Program-made: the position numbers and the translations under genes
The notes under the pieces: generated by a model
Seen by the model: the letters and a program-made list of their open reading frames with translations, nothing else
The model's database searches: none
What the model was told of the DNA's origin: nothing
Origin: the human T2T-CHM13v2.0 reference genome, Homo sapiens
Assembly: GCF_009914755.1 (NCBI RefSeq)
Contig: NC_060928.1
Length of the DNA stretch: 64,000 nt
Strand: one strand, 5' to 3'
Part shown: in pieces, positions 53,660-64,000 of the stretch
Position numbering within the stretch: the first letter of the stretch is position 1
Layout: each line of letters opens with the position of its first letter

Positions 53660-54140
53660 TTCAATTTTATCTCTAAATTGACAAATAATAATTGCATATA
53701 TTCATGGGGTACATAGTGACGTTTCAATACATATAATTTACGGTAATGAGACCAGCATAATTAGCATATTCATCACCTCAAATTGTTATTACTTCTTCAT
53801 GTTGGGTACTTTCAATATCCTTCTTTTGATTTTTTGAAGCTAAGTTATTTTTATCTATCATCATCCTACAGTGGCATAGAACACCAGAACTTATTCCTCC
53901 TATCTAGCTGTAATTTTGTCTCCTTTAACGAATCTCTCACTGTCTCTCCATTTCCCTTACCCTTCCCAATCTCTAGTATCATCTGTTCTACTTTTAGTTC
54001 TGTGAGATCAACGGTTTTTTTTCTAGCTTCCATATGTGAGTGAGAACAAGTGGTATTTAGCTTTCTGTTCCTGGCTCATTTCACTTATCATAATGCCCTC
54101 CAGCCCTATCCATGTTGCCTCAAATGACAGAATTTCATTA
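53660..54140 (-). mobile_element. L1MA-like 3' end
   Basis: attgacaaataataattgcatatattcatggggtacatagtga...catatgtgagtgagaaca...catgttgcctcaaatgacagaatttca. Confidence 0.85.
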
Positions 54141-55399
54141 TTTTAATTGTTGTACATTACATGTCTGAATAACAAGTTAATGAATCTTGTTTGAACTGAT
54201 AGACATTCAACTATGTCCAGCTTTTGTTCTATAGATAACGCTACAACAATAAATATTACTGTTCAAATATCTCGAGATATTAATGCTTTTGTTTCTTTTG
54301 TATAGTTTTTCAAAAGTAGAATTCAAAGTAAAAAATGATGTATATTTTATAATTTAATGTACACTGTTGCATTTCTATTTGTAATTAATAAAAGTGTTTC
54401 TTTGTCTTTACTAATGTTGGATGATATTAGTTTAGTTTAGTTTAGTTTTAGTGTTTTCTTATCTGAAGGAAACCTTAATTGTTGCTATAGTTTGCATTTT
54501 CCTAAATAGCAATCAGGTCAATCACCATATAAGTTAATAATTAGGCTTTCGGTTTTGCTTTTCTCTGAAATGCCTGTTGTCTCTCTTCTCCCACTTATTT
54601 TTTCTTGTATTATCCAGAAAATGCTTTTTTCTCATGTAATGTTCTACTATAATTCTTTTTGTCTCTTCCACATATGTAGTTATGTCTTCCTGGTCAATCC
54701 TAGAATTGTATACTTTTGCTTTCTCTTTTTTTCTTAATCAGGCTTTCCCGGCAACGGTCTACTGTTAGTTGTTTCTGAGCAAGAGCTTTTTCTTTAATTT
54801 AGTGTTAGTTTGGTTGTCACAAGAGGATAGTACTGTGCTTGGCAGTAAAACAGGCACAGTTAAAGAAGTAATGTTTCTTTAATGGGAAAAGAAATGGAAA
54901 CTTAGGAAGATAATTACCTAAATAGGAGACAGTTCTCCATGCTCATACATAGTAGTACAAGCTTACCAGTTTTTTCAAAGTTTCCTCATAGAGGCATATG
55001 ACTGCTCATGAGGGAGGAAATACCTAAGAGAGAAACTCTGTTTGCCACCCTAAAGGAATTTTTAATCATCCTGCTGCCACGACCTTCAACTTAGCATACC
55101 CAACACTTCCAAAAATGAGCAACAAGCTACATAAGTTCCCGATGGTCAGAGTCAACCCAGGTGTCAATGCATCCCCAAGTCTTTATTACATAAATGGACT
55201 AAGAATTTCTGTTTTCCCACGTCTTTTTTTATATATATTTTTATATTTTTTCTTTTCAATACTGATTTCAACTTTGATTCTCCTTTCCTGTTTAGGCATC
55301 CAATCTAAATTGTTGAATATATTTGTACTAGTGACAAGTAACTTTCCCCCATTTATGTTTGTACTTTTTTTTTCTATTAAGTAACAAAAGGATATTCCC

Positions 55400-55810
55400 A
55401 AAATTTTAGCATAGAATATACCTACCAGTGTTTTTGTGCAGCTAGGTTATGACCATGTGACTTTTTGTCAGTAAAATGTGAGTGAAAGTAGTATGTGCAC
55501 TTTCATATCATCTACTTAAAAGAAACATGCATACCCATTCTTTCACTCTTTCTCCTACTCACGTGCTGAAATGTGTATGTGGTCTTGGTCAGCCAGCTTT
55601 GAGGATGATGAGGGCAATGCAGTCTACACTACCAGATAGCAAAGCATAAGAAAGTGAAATTTTGGTGACTGTAACAGAAATGCCTTTTTGGCCCTGAACT
55701 GCCTATCTACCACTACACAGTAAAATGAAAAGAAACAAAAACAGAAAAGATAAATAAAAAAACATGAAATACTCATATCTTGTTTTGAGCCGCTATACTT
55801 TGGAGTTTTT
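55400..55810 (+). mobile_element. Old ERVL-type LTR (LTR16/LTR33-like)
   Basis: gcagctaggttatgaccatgtgact...aatgtgagtgaaagtagtatgtgcactttc. Confidence 0.45.
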
Positions 55811-55827
55811 CCTCACAATAAGTTAGT

Positions 55828-56057
55828 CAAAGATTTGGCAAATTTTTTCTGTAAAAGGCAAGATAGTAAATATTTTCAGCCTTTCAAGACATATAGTCTC
55901 TGTTGCAACTACCCAACTATGCTTCAACTCTTCCCTTTTAGTGTGAAAGGAGACATAGGCAATACATAAATGGTTGCACACAAATGGATGTGTTCCAAAT
56001 TTTATTTTAAAAAAACAGGTGACTGTTTATATTTGGCCTATAGGCATAGTTTGGTGT
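55828..56057 (+). mobile_element. MER58A
   Basis: ggcaaattttttctgtaaaaggcaagatagtaaatattttcagc...tctctgttgcaactac...tttggcctataggcatagtttg. Confidence 0.85.
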
Positions 56058-56199
56058 TTCATGATACAGCCTGTAACATAACTAATACAATCTTCTTCAT
56101 TATATACAATATATATATTTTAAAAATTATGTTGAATATACACTGTCTAATTTACATAAATTATGCTAGGCTAAACATATTTACTTTTTTGTTTAATAC

Positions 56200-58650
56200 T
56201 GTATATTTAAGATCAATAATGTTATATTTACATATTCTGCTAATTACTTCTGATTGTTTCCTAGATTTCAATTGTAATAATCAATTTAGAGATAATTGAT
56301 ATGTTACTATATTGAGTCTTCTGATATACAAAAATAGTATAACTCTTCATTTTTAGGTCCTTTTTAGTTTCTCTTGGAAATGTTTTATAGTTTTCAGTAA
56401 AGCAAATTCATACCCATGTTGTTAAATTTATGTCTAAGTAAGAGGGGTTTTCACACTATTGTAAATGGTATTTTAAAACTTCTATCTCTAGTTGTTTAAG
56501 GTTAGTTATGAAAATGTACTTAAATTTACACATTAACCATGTATAATGCAACTTTATTAAATTCATCTATTAGTTCAATTGTATACATATTATATATATT
56601 GTATATATAATTGTATACATATATGTATATATAATTATGTATATACAAACACACATACACACACCACATTATCTTTATCCATTTGTCTGTTGATGGACAT
56701 TGAGGTTGATTCCATATCTTAGCTATTGTAAATAGTGCTACAATAACCATGAACTTGGAGGAATTTTTTGATCTACTGATTTCCTTTCCTTTGGATAAAT
56801 AGCCAGTAATGAGTATTTGTTGCTCGATCTTATGGTAGTTCTATTTCTAGTTTTTTGAGAAATCTCCACAATGTTTTCCATGGTTGTACTAATTCACATG
56901 CTCACTGACTTTGTATCACAGTTTCCTTTTCTACACATTCTCACCATAACTGGGTTGAGATGATATCTCATTGTGGCTTTGATTTACATTTATTGGAAGA
57001 TTAGTCATGTTGAGCACTTTTTTCATGTATTTGTTATCCATTTGCTTGTCTTCTTCTGAGAAATGTCTATTCAGATATTTTGCCTACTTTTTAATTGTAT
57101 TATTTGGGGTTTTTTGTTGAATTGTTTGAGTTCCTTGTGTATTCTGAATGTTAGGCTCTTTGCAGATGAATTGCTGGAAAATATTTTCTCCCATTCTACA
57201 GGTTATCTCTTCATTATGTTGATTGTTTCCTTTGCTGTGCAGAAGCTTTCTCATTCCATATAGTCTCTTTGTCTATTTTTAGTTTTGTTGTCTGCTCTTG
57301 TGAAATTTTAGGCGTAAAATCTTTGCCTAGACCAATGCACTGAAGAGTTTTCCTTAAGTTTCTTATAGTAGTTCTATAATTCTGTGTCTTACATTTAAGC
57401 CTCTAACACATTCTGAGTTGTTTTTTTTTTATATGAGAGACAGGGCTCTAGTTTCATCCTTCTTCATATGGATATCCAGTTTTCCTGGCATCATTTATTG
57501 AAGAGGATATTCTTTTTCCAATGTATGTTTTTGATGACTTTGCCAAAAATCAACTGGAGGTAAATAGGCAGATTTACTTCTGGGTTACATATTCTTTTCC
57601 ATTGGTGTATCAGTTTTTATAGCAATATCATGATGTTAGGTTATTGTGATGGTTAATATTAGGTGTCAACTCGACTAAATTGAGGGATGCCTAGATGTCT
57701 GATAAAGTATTGTTTCTGAGTGTGTCTGTGAGGGTGCTGCCAGAGGAGATTGATGTTTGAATCCATGGACTGGAAGAGGAAAACCCACCCTCATTGTGGG
57801 TGGGCCCCATCTAATCTGCTGCCAGCGAGACTAGAACAAAGCAGACCAATGAAGGGACAAGAGGCTTGCTGGGTCTCTCACTCCCTCTCTTCTCCTGTGC
57901 TTGACGCTTGCTTCCTTTCTTTCTTCCCTTGGACATCAGACTCCAAGTATTTTGGCCTTTGGACTCGGGAACTTGTACCAGCAGCCTTTACAGTGCTCTT
58001 ACATCTTCAGTCTCAGACTTAGGTTTGCACTATTGGATTCCCTGGTTTTCAGACTTGAAGTGAGCCAACGCTACTAGCTTCTCTCTTTACCCAGCTTGCA
58101 GACAGCCTATATTGGGTTTTCACCTTGTAATTGTGTGAGCCAATTCTCCCTAATAAACTCTCTTTCATATACACATATATCCTATTGGTTCTGTCTTTTT
58201 GGAGAACCCTGAATAAAATGCAGGGTTATTAGATATTTGTAGCACAGTGTCAAGTCAGGTAGTGTAATACCTCCAGCTTTGTTCTATTTGCTTTGTGTTG
58301 CTTTGGCTATTCATTTTGTGGTTCCATACAAATTTTAGCAATGATATTTAGCATGTTATTAGTATTTTGATAGTGTTTGCATTAAATTTACAGATTGCAT
58401 CACATTGTATGGTCATTTTAACAATATTTATTCTTCCAATCATTGAGTGTGTAATTTTTTTTATTTGTTTGTGTCCTTTTTGATTTCTTTTGCCAGAGTT
58501 TTGAGTTTTCTTTGTAGAAGTCTTTCCCCTCCTTGGTTAAATTTATTCCTAGGCATTTTATTTTATTTATTTAGCTATTGTAAATGGGGTTACTTTTTTA
58601 TTTCTTTTTCAACTAGATCATTGTTGGTGCATAGAAATGATATTGATTTT
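56200..58650 (-). mobile_element. Nested minus-strand L1 fragments (ORF2/3' UTR) with a TA/CA microsatellite at 56580-56665
   Basis: Reverse ORF2-type peptide ALFTIAKIWNQPQCPSTDKWIK; tttcctttgctgtgcagaagc; atatggatatccagtttt. Confidence 0.85.
57645..58222 (+). mobile_element. MLT2A (HERV-L) solo LTR, MLT2A2-like
   Basis: tgtgatggttaatattaggtgtcaactcgac...gagggatgcctaga...cctattggttctgtc...ggagaaccctga. Confidence 0.88.
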
Positions 58651-58654
58651 TGTA

Positions 58655-58872
58655 TGTTGATTTTTTTCATTTCTATGCATTTATGGGATACAAGTGCAAT
58701 TTTGTTACCTGCATGGATTGTGTAGTGGTCAAGTCAGGGCTTTTAAGGTACCCATCACCTGAAAAACATACATCATATCCAGTAAGTAGTTTCTCTTTGT
58801 TCACCTTCTTGCCACTCCCTGACCCTTGTGAGTCTTCATTGTCTATCATTCCACTTTCTATGTCCATGGGTA
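58655..58872 (-). mobile_element. L1 (L1PB/MA-like) 3' end, target of provirus 2
   Basis: atgggatacaagtgcaattttgttacctgcatgg...gtctatcattccactttctatgtccatg. Confidence 0.75.
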
Positions 58873-59326
58873 TTTCATGTGCGTCCGTGTGAAGAGACCA
58901 CCAAACAGGCTTTGTGTGAGCAACATGGCTGTTTATTTCACCTGGGTGCAGGTGGGCTGAGTCCGAAAAGAGAGTCAGTGAAGGGAGATAAGGGTGGGGC
59001 CGTTTTATAGGATTTGGGTAGGTAAAGGAAAATTACAGTCAAAGGGGGTTTGTTCTCTGGCGGGCAGGAGTGGGGGGTCACAAGGTGTTCAGTGGGGGTG
59101 ATTTTTGAGCCAGGATGAGCCAGGAAAAGGACTTTCACAAGGTAATGTCATCACTTAAGGCAAGGACCTGCCATTTACACTTCTTTTGTGGTGGAATGTC
59201 ATCAGTTAAGGTGGGGCAGGGCATATTCACTTCTTTTGTGATTCTTCAGTAACTTCAGGCCATCTGGGCTTATATGTGCAAGTCACAGGGGATGCGATGG
59301 CTTGGCTTGGGCTCAGAGGCCTGACA
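58873..59326 (-). promoter_or_regulatory. 3' LTR7 of provirus 2; AATAAA on minus strand at 58932-58937
   Basis: Reverse complement of LTR7 (tttcatg...cagaggcctgaca). Confidence 0.96.
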
Positions 59327-59929
59327 TTCCTGCCTTCTTATATTAATAAGAAAAATAAAACAAAATATTGTTGAAGTGTTGGGGCGGCGAAAGTTTTTGG
59401 GGGGTGGTATGGAGAGAGAATGGGCGATGTTTCTCAGGGCTGCTTCAAGCGGGATTAGGGGCAGTGTGGGAACCTAGAGTGGGAGAGATTAAGCTGAAGG
59501 GAGGTCTTGTGGTAAGGGGTGATATTGTGGGTATGTTAGAAGAAAGATTTGTCATATAGAATGATTAATGATGGGCTGGATATGGTTTTGGATGAATTGA
59601 GAAACTAAATGGAATAACAGAAGGAGAAAAACAGGTATAAAACGTCTAAGAATTGGGACGACTCAGGATATCTGATTAGAGAGTGCCTAAGGAGATTCGG
59701 CATAGTCCTGCCAGCAAAGATTATTTATTTACTTCAAGAGTTAAGAGTGGCAGTTTGGGGATAGCACCAGGAGATATCAGCTGTGATGGCTTGGAAAAAC
59801 AGTGTAAACCAGCAGTGTAAACAAGAGCAGGGCATGTATGAGTAGTTGAGAATGATGAATAGGAGTATGACTAGACAGAAGATAGTAGGGATGACAAGTT
59901 TTTTGGGGCATAGTCTAAGTTGGTCTGGT

Positions 59930-62150
59930 GTCTGGAATGAGACTGGGGCCTAATAAAAAGGAGCATCTATACAGGAGCTTAAATAGGCTGTACCCTGTAG
60001 CATTCCAAAGACAGGTCTGAATTCTGAAAAGGGCAAGTGGTAAAAGTATTGTCCAGTCCTTTTTAAGTTGGTGGCTGAGCTTGGTGAGGTGTGTTTTTAA
60101 AAGACCTTTAGTCCATTCTACTTTTCTTGAAGACGGAGGACCGTAAGGGATATAAAGGTTTCACTGAATACTAAGAGCCTGAAAAGCTGCTTGGCTGATT
60201 TGACTAATAAAGGCTCATCTGTTATCAGACTGTATTGAGGTGGGAAGGCTAAAGTGAGGAATTATGTCTGACAGAAGGGAAGAAATGACTGTGGTGGCCT
60301 TCTCAGACCCTGTAGGAAAGGCCTCTACCTATCCAGTGAAAGTGTCTACCTAGACTAAGAGGTATTTTAGTTATCTGACTCAGGGCATGTTGAGTAAAGC
60401 TAATTTGCCAGTCCTGGGTGGGGCAAATCCTTGAGCTTGATGTGTAGGGAAGGGAGGGGGCCTGAATAATCCCTGAGGGGTGGTAGAATAGCAGTTGGAA
60501 CACTGAGAAGTGATTTCCTTGAGGATAGATTTCCACGGTGGAAAGGAAATTAGAGGTTCTGAGAGGTGGGCTAGTGGCTTGTACCATAGCATAACCTGCC
60601 TTTGTTGGTGTGTGGCCATTAGGCCTGGTGGAACCGCCATCAATAAATCAGGAGTGATCAGGGTGAGGAACAGGAAAGAAGGAAATTTGGGGAAATGGGG
60701 TGAATGTCAGTTAGATCAGAGAGATACAGTCATGGGGGTCAGGTGTGGTATCAGGAATAATGTGGGAGGCCGGACTGAAGTCCGGGCCAGGAACAATGGT
60801 AATTGTGGGAGACTCAACAAAGAGTGAGTATAGCTGAAGGAGCTGGGAAGCAGAAAGTATATGCATCAGGTGTGAGGAAGAAAATAGATTTTGGAAGTTA
60901 TGAGAACTGTAGAGAGTGAGTTGAGCATAGTTTGTGATCTTGAAGGCCTCTAAAAGTATTAATGCAGCGGCAGCCGCTACACGCAGACATGAGGGCTAGG
61001 CTAAAACAGTAAGGTCAAGTTGTTTGGACAGAAAGGCTACAGGGTGTGGTCCTGGCTCTTGTGTAAGAATTCTGAGCATGCTAACCATGCCTAGGAAGCA
61101 AAGGAGTTGTTGTTTTATAGAAGGTGCTGGGGTTGAGAGACCAGTCGGACACGATTGGCAGGGAGAGCACATGTATTTTTATGAGAATTATGCTGAGATA
61201 GGTAACAGATGAGGAAGAAATTTGGGCTTGATTGAAGTAATGGGGGCTGTCTGTGAAGCTTTGCGGCAGTACAGCCTAGGTAATTTGCTGAGCTTGATGG
61301 GCGTCAGGGTCAGTGCAAGTGAAAGTGAAGAGAGGCTGGGATTAAGGGTGCAAAAGAATAGTAAAGAAAGCATGTTTGAGATCTAGAACAGAATAATGGG
61401 TTATAGAAGAAGGTATTGAGGATAGGAGAGTATATGGGTTTGGCACCATGGGGTGGATAGGCAAAACAATTTGGTTGATAAGGCGCAGATCCTGAACTAA
61501 CTTGTAAGGCTTGTCTGGTTTTAGGACAGCTGTAAAATGGGGGAATTGTAAGGAAAGTTTATAGGCTTTAAAGGCCATGCTGTAGCAGGTGAGTGATAAC
61601 AGGCTTTAATCTTTTTAAAGCGTGCTGCAGGATGGGATATTGGGTTTGAGTGTGGTAAGGGTGATTAGGTTTTAACGAGATGGTAAGGGGTGCATGATCG
61701 GTCACCAAGGAGGGAGTAGAGGTATCTTATACTTGTGGGTTAAGGTGGGGGGGATACAAGAGGAGGATGCAAAGGAGGCTTTGGATTGGGAAGAAGGGAG
61801 GCAATGAGATACAGCTGTAGTCCAGGAATAGTCAGGGAAGCAGATAATTTAGTTAAAGTGTCTCAGCCTAATAAGGGAACTGGGCAGGTGGGGATAACTA
61901 AAAAGGAGTGCTTAAAAGAGTATTGTCTAAGTTGGCACCAGAGTTGGGGAGTTGTAAGAGGTTTAGAAGCCTGGCCGTCAATACCCACAACAGTTATGGA
62001 GGCAAGGGAAACAGGCCCTTGAAAAGAAGGTAATGTACAGTGGGTAGCCTCTGTATTGATTAAGAAGGGGATGGGCTTACCTTCCACTGTGAGAGTTACC
62101 AGAAGCTTGGCGTCCCTGATGGTCTAGGGGTCTTCCGAGGTGATCGGGCA
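59930..62150 (-). pseudogene. HERV-H pro-pol remnant
   Basis: ORFs 61863-62087 (protease) and 61342-61578 (RT); stops and frameshifts. Confidence 0.9.
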
Positions 62151-62154
62151 GTGT

Positions 62155-63379
62155 CAGTCTTCAGCCGCTAAGCTGAGAAGATCTGGGAAGGAGTCAGTCA
62201 GAGAGCCTTGGGCCAGAGTTCCAGGGGCTCTGGGAGTGGCTGCCAGGTGAGTTGAACAGTCCGATTTTCAGTGGGGTCCCACAGAGATGGGAAGCGGCTT
62301 AGGAGGAATCCTGGGCTGCAGGCATTCCTTGGCCCAGTGGCCAGATTTCTGGCACTTGTAGCAAGCTCCTGGGGGAGGAGGTTCTGAAGGAATGCCTGGC
62401 CACTGCGGTTCAGGTGTTTGGAAGTTCTTGTGTGCTGGAGATGTAGCTGGGGTTTGTCTCACAGTGGAGGCAAGGAATTGTAACCTTTTTCTATTAGTGT
62501 ACACCTTGAAGGTGAGGTTAATTAAATCCTGTTGTGGGGTTTGAGGGCTGGAATTTAATTTTTGGAGTTTTATTTAATGTTGGGAGCAGATTGGGTAATA
62601 AAATATATATTGAGAATAAGACGGCCTTTTGACTTTTTAGGGTCTAGGGCTGTAAAGCGTCTCAGGGTTGCTGCCAAACAAGTCATGAACTGGGCTGGAT
62701 TTTTATATTTGATGAAAAAGAGCCTAAACCCTGTCTGATTTGGGATAAAGAAAAAGGAGCATTAACCTTGACTATGCCTTTGGCTCCAGCCACCTTTTTA
62801 AGAGTAAATTGCTGGGCAGGTGGGGGAGGGCTAGTCACGGAACGAAACTGTAAGCCAGACCAGGTGTGAGGAGGGGAGGTGATAAAAGGATTATAGGGTG
62901 GAGGAGCGGAGGCTGAGGAAGAATTAGGACCTAACCCGGCCTGTTGAGGAGCAGCCTGGGGAGGAAGGGAGAGGTCAGATGGGTCTGTAGAAAAGGAAGA
63001 TTAGAAAGACTCAGTGAGGCTCGGAGTTGGTACTGGGGGGACAGGCGGGAGGGAAAGAAGGAAGATTTGGGACGAGTTGCAGTGGGCACAGAGACTAGGA
63101 AGGGGCTGATGTGTAAAAGAATGCCTGGACATAAGGCACCTCAGACCGTTTGCCTATTTTACGACAAGAATTATTTAGATTTTGCAGGATGGAAAAATTC
63201 AAAGTGCCATTTTCTGGCTATTTGGAACTACTGTTGAGTTTGTATTGGGGTCAGGCAGCATTGCAGAAGAAAATAAGGCATTTAGGTTTTAGGTCAGGTG
63301 TGAGTTGAAGAGGTTTTAAGTTTTTGAGAACACAAGCCAAGGGAGTAGAAGGAGGAATGGAGGGTGGAAGCTTGCCCAT
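62155..63379 (-). pseudogene. HERV-H gag remnant
   Basis: ATG at 63379; CCHC knuckle in ORF 62268-62504. Confidence 0.85.
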
Positions 63380-63470
63380 AGTGAAGGAAGCAAGCCTAGA
63401 GAAAAGAGAGAGTAGAGAAACGGAGGGAAGGGGTTCGGGGGTTCTTACCTTCCAGAAAAGTGGGAAAAGG

Positions 63471-63731
63471 GGTTGGGGCACAGAGATAAGAGGTTGGGGT
63501 GCAGAAATAAGGGATTGGGGTGCAGAAATATGAGGTTGGGGTGCAGAAATAAGGGACTGGGGCACAGAGATATGAGGTTGGGGCATGGAAATAAGGGATT
63601 GGGATACAGAGATAAGAGGTCAGGGTGCGGAAATAAGGGATTGGGGCACAGAGATAAGAGGTTGGGGTGCAGAAATAAGGGATTGGGGCACAGAGATAAG
63701 AGGTTGGGGCGTGGAAATAAGGGATTGGGGG
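63471..63731 (-). repeat. ~21-bp-unit G-rich minisatellite in the HERV-H leader (~12 units)
   Basis: Alternating ggggcacagagataagaggtt / ggggtgcagaaataagggatt units. Confidence 0.9.
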
Positions 63732-64000
63732 TTCTTGCCCTGTAGAAAAGCAGGACTTGCTGCTAACAGTGAAGGAGAAGGGGTTGAGGGGTACTTGCTC
63801 CTGCCCCAGAAAAGTGGGACTTGCCGCTAAGGGTGAAGGAGAAGGGGTTGAGGTGTACTTGCCCCTCTCCCAGAAAAGCAGAGGAGGGGTAGAGACAAGG
63901 AGAGAAGCGGTTGGGGTACTTGCCACTTCCCCAGAAAAGCAGGACTTGCCGCTAAGGGTGAAGGACCAAGGCAGGCCTCCCTGCATGGTCTGACATCCTT

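Larger units (their letters stand above)
58873..64000 (-). mobile_element. HERV-H provirus 2 (minus strand; 5' LTR lies beyond the window)
   Basis: 3' LTR7 58873-59326, PPT 59327-59339, env/pol/pro/gag remnants (CYKCQKSGHWAKEC, FLINTEAT, LDLKHAFF) and leader repeats; expected TSD gggta (58868-58872). Confidence 0.98.

Noticed and set aside
27917-64000. The two proviruses as a segmental duplication or an already inverted segment
   Set aside because: Flanks are unrelated. Provirus 1 has a matching TSD and a continuous host L1, and its LTRs share variants (gaagtatctg, agaaatgta) absent from the provirus 2 LTR.

Overview
AT-rich primate (almost certainly human) genomic DNA. I recognise the only real coding sequence as the last exon of CCSER1/FAM190A (+ strand, splice acceptor AG at 2829-2830, stop at 3314-3316). 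It is followed by a long, repeat-poor 3' UTR with two plausible poly(A) sites (~6.4 kb and ~9.55 kb). The rest is intergenic and TE-dense: old L1s, L2, MIR, five Alus, MaLR/ERVL LTRs, MER20, MER58, MADE1, and a Charlie-type hAT transposase fossil split by an L1. The main structure is a convergent (tail-to-tail) pair of LTR7/HERV-H proviruses ~25 kb apart. One is complete on + (27917-33979); the other is on - (58873 to beyond the window end). Both are the defective, deleted type, and they share several apparently derived internal variants. The first provirus integrated into a pre-existing templated-insertion scar (a 27-bp L1 duplication plus an inverted ~130-bp copy of sequence ~1 kb upstream) and has a ~293-bp tandem duplication in its leader. 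A shattered multi-fragment L1/MST mosaic lies at 19.3-19.9 kb. I found no RNA genes, CRISPR array or prokaryotic features. Repeat subfamily calls come from remembered consensus sequences, and boundaries of old repeats are approximate.
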